A stretch of DNA of 64,000 nt from a virus. Lineage: Duplodnaviria > Caudoviricetes. Position numbers and translations under genes: made by a program. Below, piece after piece: positions 28,038 through 37,881 of the stretch. Location of the stretch: IMG/VR virus record IMGVR_UViG_2907158113_000012, positions 3,283 through 67,282 of that record. One strand, 5' to 3'. The notes below the pieces were generated by a model. The model did not search any database. It worked only from the letters and a program-made list of their open reading frames with translations, and was not told the origin of the DNA. Position 1 is the first letter of the stretch. Every line of letters starts with the position of its first letter.

Positions 28038-29621
28038 TTGATATACACAGATAACAAAGACTTTTACCCAACACCGCGCAAATTGTTCGATGATCTAGTT
28101 AGAAACACCAGACACTTTAGTGGAAGAATCCTCGAACCTAGCGCGGGAAAAGGGGACATAATCCAGTTTATACGCGCTACAAGGAACGGCCGCGACGCTA
28201 AGGTAGACGCGATAGAGAATGATCAGCGGCTGGTTGGTATCCTAATGGGCGAAGGGATCAGCGTTGTGTGGGACGATTTCCTTACGTACGAAACGTATAA
28301 GGAATACGACTACATTATAATGAATCCTCCGTTCTCTAACGGAGTCGATCACGTTTTAAAGGCGCTAGAAATGGCAGAGACGCAGCTTTCCCGGTGTGAA
28401 ATTTTCGCAATAGTGAACAAGGAGACGTTAAATAATGCGTTTTCTACGAAAAGACAAGAATTACTGCGAAAATTGGACGAACATGGGGCGGAGGTTCGGT
28501 ATATAAGTCATGCATTCAGCGATGCCGAGCGGAAAACTGACGTAGAAGTTGCGTTAATTCACGTAAAAGTCGAGAAGGCTAACGCAGGTAAATCTATTTA
28601 CGATAAAATTCCGTTCCTTAACGCGAGGAAGTCCGAGGAAACGGCTGCAGAAATAGGCTCCGTGTTATCTACTTACGTTAAACCTTCGGAGATACAGGCG
28701 AAACTCAACGATATCGAGCGATTGGTACTCGAATACGAAACGGCCTGCGAGCTAGCGCGAGATACGTTTGAGGTAATCCGTGCGAAAGCGTCCTTTTTCG
28801 GATATATTTCAACGGTAAATAAGCGCGAAGGGAAGTCGCACTCACCTCTGTATTCCATTACTCCGTATAGTAAAGAGTTTACGAGGGCGGATTTAAGTGA
28901 GGAATTGGACAAGTTACGACGCGGCTACTGGGAATTGGTCCTTGATACAGACGAATTCCGGAAAATACTAACGAATGACGCTATTCAAAAGCTTAACCGC
29001 AGGATTGAGTCGGCTAACGAAATGGAAATTAATCTCACGAATATTAGAATGCTACTTATGGCTCTCGGCGCAAACCAACGCGACATATTAATAGAGAGTG
29101 TAGTGTCCATATTCCAAAAGATAACGGACCGACACCAGACAAGCTACTCGTCAAATGTCCATTACTACAACGGTTGGAAAACAAATAGCTCCTATAAAAT
29201 AAATAAGAAAATCGTTATCCCTATAAAATACTATGCATTCGATAGCTGGGATTTTAGGGATGATTACGGAAAGATCAATACGGATGTCCGCTGCTGGATT
29301 GACGATATTATCAAGGCGCTCCAAATCATTGATCCTAGCGTAAGTGGCAAATTTGTATCACTATCTTCGAAAGAGTTCGAAAACGAAACGCTACGGTTTA
29401 AGATGTTCGGCAAAGGTACGGTGCACGTTTGGTTTAAGGACGAGCAGTTACTTTCGCAGCTTAATTATATTTGTGGAAGTCATTTCGGATGGATACCAAG
29501 CGAAGGCGAACAAGCCCAAAGTCCAGAAGCCCGCGAATGGGTAGCGCGAGAGTTTGGTGATATGGGCAACGTTACATTATTACAAGAGGTGTCCGATTGT
29601 GGCGGATTGGAGGCGGCCTAA
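28038..29621 (+). CDS. SAM-dependent DNA methyltransferase-like protein with long C-terminal (DUF4942-like) domain
   Basis: DFYPTP, ILEPSAGKG, MNPPF; C-terminal GWKTN..F..GTVH. Confidence 0.8.
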   Translation: MIYTDNKDFYPTPRKLFDDLVRNTRHFSGRILEPSAGKGDIIQFIRATRNGRDAKVDAIENDQRLVGILMGEGISVVWDDFLTYETYKEYDYIIMNPPFSNGVDHVLKALEMAETQLSRCEIFAIVNKETLNNAFSTKRQELLRKLDEHGAEVRYISHAFSDAERKTDVEVALIHVKVEKANAGKSIYDKIPFLNARKSEETAAEIGSVLSTYVKPSEIQAKLNDIERLVLEYETACELARDTFEVIRAKASFFGYISTVNKREGKSHSPLYSITPYSKEFTRADLSEELDKLRRGYWELVLDTDEFRKILTNDAIQKLNRRIESANEMEINLTNIRMLLMALGANQRDILIESVVSIFQKITDRHQTSYSSNVHYYNGWKTNSSYKINKKIVIPIKYYAFDSWDFRDDYGKINTDVRCWIDDIIKALQIIDPSVSGKFVSLSSKEFENETLRFKMFGKGTVHVWFKDEQLLSQLNYICGSHFGWIPSEGEQAQSPEAREWVAREFGDMGNVTLLQEVSDCGGLEAA

Positions 29622-29686
29622 CGGTCAGTCAAGCTTGATATAGAATAGAAGGAACGCCAATACAACGATAAAAGGGGCGGATTACT

Positions 29687-30097
29687 ATCGGATCAGTAAA
29701 AATTGACGTAGACAAAGGCGCACGCATGTACGAAGTTAAATACGCATTGAACTCGGCGGATGGCGTTAAAAAACTACTTCGCGATCGCCATCATATAAGT
29801 AGCGCACGTTTTCAATCTGGCGACTATAACGCCGTAGATATGTTGGTCGACTTGAGTAGCGCTATTAATTCGGCGGGGCTCTCGGAAGTTCAGGCAGAAG
29901 TAGTTGCGTGGATATCCGGAGCAGATATGACGCAGCAACAGACGTCCGAGATCATGCATGTAACTCGCCAGGCAATTACAAAAGCTTACGAGGTGGCGTG
30001 CGAAAAAATAGCGGCCGTCTACCGCAAATGGGAATATGGCGAGGTTTGCGTAGGCTACCTGCTAGAGGACGAAGACTACGAAGGGGAGGCGGCTTAA
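29687..30097 (+). CDS. Sigma region-4-like HTH protein (ATC 29687 or ATG 29726 start)
   Basis: MTQQQTSEIMHVTRQAI HTH; RBS AAGGGG 9 nt before ATC. Confidence 0.7.
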   Translation: MGSVKIDVDKGARMYEVKYALNSADGVKKLLRDRHHISSARFQSGDYNAVDMLVDLSSAINSAGLSEVQAEVVAWISGADMTQQQTSEIMHVTRQAITKAYEVACEKIAAVYRKWEYGEVCVGYLLEDEDYEGEAA

Positions 30098-30756
30098 TGA
30101 CGAAAACCTATCGGGAAGATTTCGCAACGGCTGTCTCTACGATGGAGTCCACGATGTGGTCATCGTTTAAAGCGGAAGGCGCGCCACCGATACCGTTTAT
30201 TTACGGAGGGCGTACGTTTGACCTGCGTAAAAGAGATGAACGCGGAGATGCGGCTCGTGTTGTTACGGACACTTACGTGAGGGAACACGCGGAGTTTAAT
30301 GACGCGGCTATGAGTAGATACCGAGAGCGCGGAGGTACTGGCGAGGGTCCTGCGGTCGTATTGACGGATGCCGCGCTTCTTGAGCGTATAGCTAACGTAA
30401 TCCTTTACGATGAGATTGCGGACGAGAATCCGTATAAATCGCAGCATAACGAGTATCCGATTATGAGCGAGATTCAACTCGCCCGAAGGCGCGAAGGAAA
30501 GCACCAAGGCAAGCGCGAAGGCGTCTCCGCGCGAGAGGTAGCGTTTGGGCAGGCGTATTCTATCGGAACGGACGGAAGGAGCTACGCTGAACCTATCCGC
30601 AGGGAGCGCTCGAATAAGGAAAATATCTTTATGGACGAGGCGACTACTTCGCGAGTAAGAGAGCAGCGCGAGGCGTACGCAGACTTCATCGCTGAGAAGC
30701 CCGTAGTCACCTATGTGATGTCTCAGGCAGAAAGGGAGGCTAGAGGATGGCAGTAG
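30097..30756 (+). CDS. Hypothetical phage protein
   Basis: RBS GGGGAGG, TAATG coupling. Confidence 0.7.
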   Translation: MTKTYREDFATAVSTMESTMWSSFKAEGAPPIPFIYGGRTFDLRKRDERGDAARVVTDTYVREHAEFNDAAMSRYRERGGTGEGPAVVLTDAALLERIANVILYDEIADENPYKSQHNEYPIMSEIQLARRREGKHQGKREGVSAREVAFGQAYSIGTDGRSYAEPIRRERSNKENIFMDEATTSRVREQREAYADFIAEKPVVTYVMSQAEREARGWQ

Positions 30757-31406
30757 CAATCACGATGCCTACCGACACCCTGACGATTCCTATTGCGGAC
30801 GTCGGGAGTGTCCTCGAAGCGCTGCGGTTTCGTCCGGGAGGAGTATACGTGTTCTATGACGGGCTCGGCGAGTGCTTATACGTCGGTCAGTCGAAGACAC
30901 TTCCGGACAGACTGCGCAAACATCTAACGTCTTCTCCCTTCGCACATGAGATCGCCAGTGTTACGCTCTATTTCGTAAGTGATCCGTATGAGCGAGAAAT
31001 ATACGAGACTTACGCGATCACTACATTTAACGGCAAGTATAATCGAGCGAAAAAGTTCGAGCAACGCACGGCTAATCCGTTGGTCAGCGAGGAGATTGAC
31101 GAGGCGTATTTCGAGATAGACGAGCTTATGCGTGAAAAGAACGACCTTGATGCGGCCATTAAGGATATAGATGAGCGACACATAAGGAGACCGCCGCGTA
31201 GAAAAATTAACCGTAGGGGATACCTTACTCGGAGATACTTGGAGTATTTAGCGGAAATGTCCGAGCGCACCGAGGAGGAAAAAGCGGAGATGTGGAGGGA
31301 GCAGTGTGAGAGAAAAAGAATGGTGAGGAGGGTGGTAGAAATTGACTCGGAATTTCGAGAAATTAAGGATAAAATAACCCGATTATTACGAAAATTAGCT
31401 GTTTAA
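30747..31406 (+). CDS. GIY-YIG nuclease-domain protein
   Basis: GVYVFY..LYVGQS..L..RL..H..E..I..YN. Confidence 0.8.
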   Translation: MAVAITMPTDTLTIPIADVGSVLEALRFRPGGVYVFYDGLGECLYVGQSKTLPDRLRKHLTSSPFAHEIASVTLYFVSDPYEREIYETYAITTFNGKYNRAKKFEQRTANPLVSEEIDEAYFEIDELMREKNDLDAAIKDIDERHIRRPPRRKINRRGYLTRRYLEYLAEMSERTEEEKAEMWREQCERKRMVRRVVEIDSEFREIKDKITRLLRKLAV

Positions 31407-31471
31407 AAAGTTGCTTTTTATCGGGTTTCTTATCGGGATATATGTAATCCTATGAAGGATTTTTCGTTCTT

Positions 31472-31500
31472 AGATCGCGCTGTCTCAGGCGGTCTTTTTT
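31472..31500 (+). terminator. Intrinsic terminator
   Basis: AGATCGC..GCGGTCT plus T-run. Confidence 0.55.
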
Positions 31501-31579
31501 GCGCGTTTTTGGAGGAATACGAATGTTGCGGGTATACTCCGCACGTCCTTACGTTATTTTAACGACGAGGAGACGAATA

Positions 31580-32461
31580 ATGAATAACGGATACATGCAC
31601 GTTTATTACGACGAAGCGCTCGGACAGTACCGCGAGAGTTATCCGGTCGATGGCTACGTGCACGAGTCGGTCGAATCACGCAGGCGCAAACAGGAATACG
31701 CGCAGCGTGAGGACGCTAGAACGCGTAATACGCGCCATTACATAACGTCCTACCACGAGCCCGTCCGCGAGCTTGCGCTTATGCTTGAAATCAACGAGCT
31801 CGGCGCGATTATGAAGCTCATTCCTTATATGAGACGGGATAAGGGCGGCGATCTATTCGTAGAGAGTAAGCGGATGGGGATCGCGGAGATTGCGAAGGCA
31901 GTCGGTAAGGCTCAGCGTTGGGCCGAGGGCGTAGTTAAAACGCTGGTTACCTGTGGAGTCTTGACGGAGAAAAAGGACGGCCGGCGAAAGGTATACGGAG
32001 TAAATCCGGCATACCATACGATGGGCGAGACGGTGCCTGGCGCACGTTACACGAAAGTATATCAGACAAAAACGAGATCGGACGTTAAGAACCTTTCGGT
32101 TCAAGCGGCCGGTCTTTTATATTGCATGATTCCGCACATACACTACGAGCGCCTATACCTCGTACACAATCCGGATGAGCGCGATTACGATGCGCTGCAG
32201 CACATGAGGCAGGCGGACCTGGCCCGCGCTATTGGCGTAGAGGAGCAGACGGTAACACGCGCGATGAAAGAGCTCAGCCGCTGCGGATTCGTGATGCGTT
32301 CGGAAGCTTACGGGGCTATCGTTATTAAGATGAATCCGGACGTAATGTACCGTAAGAAGTATGATGACGATGAATATACGCAGGGAGTACGTTACGAGTT
32401 CGAGCAGAACGCGAAGGCGGCGGAGTCGTTCGGATTGACTGACGCTGATCTTCCGTATTAA
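31580..32461 (+). CDS. Rep-like protein with two winged-HTH domains
   Basis: IAEIAKAVGK..VNP and QADLARAIGV..MNPDV tandem HTH pattern like RepL-type initiators; direct repeats follow. Confidence 0.65.
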   Translation: MNNGYMHVYYDEALGQYRESYPVDGYVHESVESRRRKQEYAQREDARTRNTRHYITSYHEPVRELALMLEINELGAIMKLIPYMRRDKGGDLFVESKRMGIAEIAKAVGKAQRWAEGVVKTLVTCGVLTEKKDGRRKVYGVNPAYHTMGETVPGARYTKVYQTKTRSDVKNLSVQAAGLLYCMIPHIHYERLYLVHNPDERDYDALQHMRQADLARAIGVEEQTVTRAMKELSRCGFVMRSEAYGAIVIKMNPDVMYRKKYDDDEYTQGVRYEFEQNAKAAESFGLTDADLPY

Positions 32462-32464
32462 AAA

Positions 32465-32516
32465 CGTTCCATATACTGCGGAGTTAGGGCGATTTCGTTC
32501 CATATACTGCGGAGTT
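32465..32516 (+). repeat. Two 21-bp direct repeats (iteron-like)
   Basis: CGTTCCATATACTGCGGAGTT at 32465 and 32496; partial ATATACTGCG at 32586. Confidence 0.85.
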
Positions 32517-32915
32517 CAAAAGTGGCTTCGGCCTTAGAGCGGCGTGGGTTTGAGGCTGTTTTGGGGTCGGGGCAACTCTTATCTTATATACTGCGTAATA
32601 AGACGCCTAATGATTACGGAGAAGAGCGCTCCGACACTGCGGCTAAAACCGTGCCTTGTGTAACTGTTATCTTAACTCCGCTGATCTTTAATAAAAGCTT
32701 GAGCGCAGTTAAATAACATGTTCCGAAGACGCGACAGCGGCAAGGTGTGAAGCCTGCTTTTGGCTGAACAGGCACTATGTTGAAACCTTTGTCTGATAGA
32801 TACATGAAGCTTAATCGAAGAAGTATCTCATGTAGACAACACAAAGAATAGCGCGGATGTTAAAGCGCTAGTAAGCGCGAAGCGAACGTACAGTGAGCGG
32901 AGGGATAACGTTAAT

Positions 32916-33113
32916 ATGAGCGTTATAGTAGGCGAGGATATCGCGAGAGATGCGGATAACGAACGTGTGATTAAGCGTTATTCAGGCGGAATTGTACCTC
33001 CGGACGATAACGGTAACTACGTAAGGGTACATCGCGATGATTACGTATCTCACGATTATGCGCGTAAGTTAATAGCGCAGACTTTGTATAAAACGGAGGG
33101 GTCACGCATATGA
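32916..33113 (+). CDS. Hypothetical phage protein
   Basis: RBS GGAGGG. Confidence 0.55.
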   Translation: MSVIVGEDIARDADNERVIKRYSGGIVPPDDNGNYVRVHRDDYVSHDYARKLIAQTLYKTEGSRI

Positions 33114-33280
33114 ACGATTTATCAACGGTAAGTACAGCGGCTTTACAAGCGGAGTTATCACGTAGGGAAGGCGTTACGACTTACGTATTTGGGCCGGAGG
33201 ATAACGTTGTTCTAGCTAGCGGAGATGGCGTTATATTAGATGACTACGGACCTGTTACGATTACTGTTAACGTAGATTAA
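33110..33280 (+). CDS. Small phage protein (BC1881-like)
   Basis: LSTVSTAALQAELSRREGV motif; RBS GGAGGG. Confidence 0.6.
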   Translation: MNDLSTVSTAALQAELSRREGVTTYVFGPEDNVVLASGDGVILDDYGPVTITVNVD

Positions 33281-33402
33281 ACGTAACAGTTGACGTTGTT
33301 CTTACGCTTTGCCCGAGCGTATGAGCAACGTTTAAAGTACGTAAGTATAAGCGTTAGGGTAGCGTAGATGATCGTTAATTCAACGGAAGGGAGACGGTTA
33401 TA

Positions 33403-33810
33403 ATGGCGAAGACATTAACGCCCGAACAGTATATCGCGATCGAATGGTTGTCTATACCGGGTAAAGGCGGTAAGACATACGAAGAGATAGCGGACATATG
33501 TGACGTGCACTTTAATACGCTCGGTAACTGGCGCAAGGATAAGGCGTTCGATGCGGAGCTTAAGCGTGCGATTGTACGGAACAATAGCGCTAAGCTGCCG
33601 GAAGTAGTCGAGTCTATGGCGGATTGGGCTATACGGGAGGGTAACGCAGCAGCAGCGAAGTTAGTCCTGCAGATTAACGGAATGCTTATGGATAAACTCG
33701 AAGTGGAGACGAAGCTTGATAGCGGAACAGACGTAGCCGCGTTGACAGCACGTATCAAGGCGTTGCAGGTGCGTAAGGGTGACGAGGATGGCGCGGACTC
33801 ACAAGGATAG
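33403..33810 (+). CDS. Terminase small subunit-like HTH protein
   Basis: TYEEIADICDVHFNTLGNW HTH, GNAAAAKL; upstream of TerL. Confidence 0.75.
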   Translation: MAKTLTPEQYIAIEWLSIPGKGGKTYEEIADICDVHFNTLGNWRKDKAFDAELKRAIVRNNSAKLPEVVESMADWAIREGNAAAAKLVLQINGMLMDKLEVETKLDSGTDVAALTARIKALQVRKGDEDGADSQG

Positions 33811-34503
33811 CGCGTGGTGTGCGCATATAATGAAGGAACGCGATGGATGACGGTGTGATTGCGTGTGAACTGCGCCTATTTAGTCTGCACGGGTCGCCTG
33901 ACGCGCACCCTCCGCAAAACTTTCGGACTTCACCGTAGTACAGCGGATTTAACGTTGCATAAGCGTTGTATAAACGTATGGATAGGCGCTGAACTAGCGC
34001 TGCATAAACTGGAAACGGGACATCGCGTTAAATGGCGTTAAGCCGCGTGGCTACAACGTTCTTGCTGCGCGGGTACTGGTAAATGTATATACGTTGCATA
34101 CGGCGTGTTTATGCACCGCGTACGAACCGCGTAGTGGTGCGGGCTGGCGGCGTTGACATCTGCATCATATACGTATTTTGTGCACATGTCTTGCATAAAC
34201 GTTGCATAATTTAATCTATTTTATTTACTTCAATGCTTTAGTGCTGTGAAGCCCCAACGCCCCAAAGCAATAAAGTGAATTCTGGTGCTACAGATTTCCG
34301 CGTATCAAAAATAACGTTTGGGTTTCGGAGCATCAACGCAGCCTCACGTAATTTCACCGTTAAATCACCGTCGAATTAGCGCGCCTACCTCTTTCCGAGT
34401 ATAAGCGGAAGGGTCCCGTAGTTCAAGCGCTAATTCAACGGTAAAATCACGAAGCACTCAAGGCGCGGTCTTTTCGTGCCTACGCGGAAGGGAGGCGATA
34501 TCT

Positions 34504-36285
34504 ATCGCATGGATTGACGGTAAATGGAACGGGCGAGACGAACGCAACACGGTAATCAGCGGCATTAACGGACTCATTGATTCGTTGGCCGGCGTAGATA
34601 TCGCGTCTCTTTCGGAAGAAGATCAGCGCTTGATCGACGAACAGGTTGCGGAGCTTGAGCGGTTAGAGCGTATTAACCGTTGCGAACGTAATCTACTCGA
34701 ATTTTCATTAGAGTATTTCTCGGAAGCGCGCAATCCCGGCAATGACGGTAACTGGGACGGATTCGATATTGCAGATATATCGGAAGCGCCCGATTTTCAC
34801 CGTGAAATCGCCGAGATAATCGACGACATATCTAACGTTAACCTTAACGATAAGGTAGCGGTCGCAGCGCCCCGTTCACACGCGAAATCAACGTATTTAT
34901 CGAAGGCGGAACCCTTACGCGAGATCGTTTACCGCAAACGTAAATACGAAATCATCATATCAGAGACGCCGGCGGTATCCAGCGCTAACCTCGATTGGAT
35001 CGCGGCACAGTTAAAGAGTAACGCGAAGCTGCGGGCGGACTTTGGACCGTTATTATCACCGAAGCAGCAAGAAAATCCGAAGGATAACAGCTCAGAGTTT
35101 ATCGCATGGGAACCGCGCGAAGACGGAACAAAGAAGCTACTCACGAAAGTCGAAGCGGCATCAACGGGACAGGCGCTACGTGGACGTAACTGGAACGGAG
35201 TACGCCCAGACTTAATTATCTGCGATGACCTCGAAGACATTAAATCTAACGCCGCAACTCCGGAACTTCGACGCAAGCTTAAAGACTGGTTCGCACAAAC
35301 CGTCGTACCACTCGGTGATCCGCGCGGTAAGAAGACGGCGTTTATCTACATGGGAACAACGGTGCATCACGAAGCATTGCTCGTTGACGTGCTATATAAT
35401 CGCTCGGACTTTAAGAGCCGCGTATATCGCGCAATTAAGACGTGGCCTGAGCGTATGGACTTATGGGAAGCGTGTCGACTCGTATATAAAGATCCGGACT
35501 TACCGAAGGAACAGCGTGTCAAGGATGCGCAGGCCTTATACGAATTGAATCGCGCTGAAATGGATCGTGGAGCCGTCGTATTGTGGCCGGAAGCACAGCC
35601 GATATGGACGCTAATGACGTGGAAATGGAATAACGGAAGCAAGGCGTTTAATACGGAGTATATGAATAATCCGGTCGATGAGGAATCAATGATATTCAAT
35701 CCGGAGACATTCACGTATTGGGATAGCGACCAGTTAAAAGACGCGCTATCGCAATATCCGCGACCGGCTGACGCAGTTTACGATATTTACATGGGCGTTG
35801 ACTTCGCGATGGGCAAAACACGCGGAGACTATAGCGCTATTGTCGTAATAGCACGCGATAAACAGACGGGAACAAAATACGTTATTGACGCGTTCGGTGA
35901 ACGGATAAAGCCGGACGCTTTTTTGCGTGTAATCGTAGAGAAGGCGCTACGGTTTCAACCGAACGCAATCGCAGCGGAAGCACAAGCGGCGCAAGAGTTC
36001 TTCGTAACGCAACTAAAGACCGCGCTTAAAACTGCGGGATATCCGGCGCAAACTCGCGTCAAGGAAATATACCAACGTTCGCGTAAGGGGCTGCGGATTG
36101 AGGCGTTAATGCCGGCGGTTGAAAGCGGAGAAATCCAATTCTCACGGAAGCACGCGCTTTTACTTGAGCAATTCGAAATGTATCCGACAGGAACGCATGA
36201 CGACCTCCCGGACGCTTTGGAAATGGCGGTCAGCATCGCGAAAACAGGACGCAAGAAGATACGCAATAAACCATCCGGAATGTAA
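34504..36285 (+). CDS. terL: Terminase large subunit (probable ATC start)
   Basis: APRSHAKST, IICDDLED, MGVDFA, HDDLPDA; RBS GGAGG 8 nt before ATC. Confidence 0.9.
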   Translation: MAWIDGKWNGRDERNTVISGINGLIDSLAGVDIASLSEEDQRLIDEQVAELERLERINRCERNLLEFSLEYFSEARNPGNDGNWDGFDIADISEAPDFHREIAEIIDDISNVNLNDKVAVAAPRSHAKSTYLSKAEPLREIVYRKRKYEIIISETPAVSSANLDWIAAQLKSNAKLRADFGPLLSPKQQENPKDNSSEFIAWEPREDGTKKLLTKVEAASTGQALRGRNWNGVRPDLIICDDLEDIKSNAATPELRRKLKDWFAQTVVPLGDPRGKKTAFIYMGTTVHHEALLVDVLYNRSDFKSRVYRAIKTWPERMDLWEACRLVYKDPDLPKEQRVKDAQALYELNRAEMDRGAVVLWPEAQPIWTLMTWKWNNGSKAFNTEYMNNPVDEESMIFNPETFTYWDSDQLKDALSQYPRPADAVYDIYMGVDFAMGKTRGDYSAIVVIARDKQTGTKYVIDAFGERIKPDAFLRVIVEKALRFQPNAIAAEAQAAQEFFVTQLKTALKTAGYPAQTRVKEIYQRSRKGLRIEALMPAVESGEIQFSRKHALLLEQFEMYPTGTHDDLPDALEMAVSIAKTGRKKIRNKPSGM

Positions 36286-36305
36286 ACGAAAGGAGGACGA
36301 TTAGC

Positions 36306-37868
36306 ATATCGAAGCTATTCGAACCCGGCGCTTATTACCCGCCACCTGCACACATACCGCGCCTCGCCAACTATAAACGCGGCAAGACGATATTCGACGG
36401 ACGCCATCCGGAAATCTACGATCGCGCCTCGTCTCTACTAAAGGATACGCCACACGCCGCGCAGCTTAAAACGCTGTTCATCGCGGTTAACTTGATGGAT
36501 ATATTGCTGACGAAGCCGGCGGATTTGCTGACCGGAGAGCCCCCGACATACGAAGCGGGAACCGGCGCAGGTACACGCGAGCAGGAACGCCTTGACTCGA
36601 TCGTTGAAGAAAACGACTTAACGCAGATGGTTCACGAAATGGTAATCGGCGCAGGCTATCGGGGCGACTCGTTTATTAAGACGTATTATGACGCGCGAGC
36701 GGACGTCAGTGAAACGGAGGCACTCGGATTAGAACCGCCGAAGCCCGTACTCGAACCAATTATCGAATCTGTACGCGCGGATATCGTATTTCCAGAGTTG
36801 TCGACCGGCTCGCGGAAGAAATTTAAGGCGATTAATATCGCGTGGGTCGATTGGGTTGAGGAACCAGGCGGAAAAATTGTCCGTTGGCTCTACGGTAAAG
36901 CTGCATCCTATGTGCCTTATCTCGTCGTTGAGCGCCATATTCCGGGCTATATCGTACATGAGCGTTATGAGCTTTCGGAGGCTGGCGTTAACAGCGATTG
37001 GGGAGTTCCAATTTCAACGTATTTAATCGGCGATAAAATTGCGACAGGACGCGAGGAAGACATAGAGCCTACCGGAACTGACCGATTACTCGTGCACCAT
37101 ATTCCGTATAAAAGCGTTGACGACCGTTGGGAAGGCATTAACGGAGTTGAGAAGCTAGAAAGCGTACTGAGCGCGATTAACGAGCGGTTAGTACAGATCG
37201 ATTATATCCTTTGGAAGCACAGCGACCCGTGGATGTATGGACCGGAAGACATCGGAGATGACGGCGAAGACAATGCGGGAACACTCCGCGGAGGCGGACG
37301 TTATATACCGGTTGCCAAGGAAGACGCGACGCCAGGTTACATGGTATGGGAAGGTCAGCTAACCTCCGCTTTTACGGAACTAGACGTACTACTCGGACTC
37401 GTGTACCAAATGTCGGAAACGCCGCAATGGTTATTCGGAACAACGCTTGCCTCAGATAAGGGCGGAACCGGCACGTCTCATACGGATAGTGGCGCAATTA
37501 AAGCGCGCTTCATGCCGATATTAGCAAAAGTTAACCGTATCCGCGCGCATGTTGATCGCGCTTTACGTGACGCAATATGGACCGCCATGCAACTCGAAAA
37601 CTACGCTAATAAAGACGTTGCCGGCTTCGTAAAGTACGATCCTGTTTACCCGAAGATCGAGTGGAGAGACGGGATTCCGTCCGATCCCAAAGAGGAAGCT
37701 GAGGTCTATCAGATACGCACAGGGGGAAAGCCTACGATCGACGTGCTCAGCGCGGTTAAACGATTGGACTCTATGTCAGACGCCCAAGCCGTAGAGGTAG
37801 TCAGCAGGATTGACGAAGACGAGCAGAAGGCGACCGGTACAGTAGACGCTTCTGTTTTTAATAGTTAG
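36306..37868 (+). CDS. Portal protein (probable ATA start)
   Basis: Follows TerL; frame open 62 codons upstream of first TTG; AGGAGG 9 nt before ATA. Confidence 0.85.
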   Translation: MSKLFEPGAYYPPPAHIPRLANYKRGKTIFDGRHPEIYDRASSLLKDTPHAAQLKTLFIAVNLMDILLTKPADLLTGEPPTYEAGTGAGTREQERLDSIVEENDLTQMVHEMVIGAGYRGDSFIKTYYDARADVSETEALGLEPPKPVLEPIIESVRADIVFPELSTGSRKKFKAINIAWVDWVEEPGGKIVRWLYGKAASYVPYLVVERHIPGYIVHERYELSEAGVNSDWGVPISTYLIGDKIATGREEDIEPTGTDRLLVHHIPYKSVDDRWEGINGVEKLESVLSAINERLVQIDYILWKHSDPWMYGPEDIGDDGEDNAGTLRGGGRYIPVAKEDATPGYMVWEGQLTSAFTELDVLLGLVYQMSETPQWLFGTTLASDKGGTGTSHTDSGAIKARFMPILAKVNRIRAHVDRALRDAIWTAMQLENYANKDVAGFVKYDPVYPKIEWRDGIPSDPKEEAEVYQIRTGGKPTIDVLSAVKRLDSMSDAQAVEVVSRIDEDEQKATGTVDASVFNS

Positions 37869-37881
37869 GGGGACTGCGGAC

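Noticed and set aside
32465-32516. Mini CRISPR array
   Set aside because: Only two repeats with a 10-bp spacer and no cas operon; better explained as iteron-like repeats
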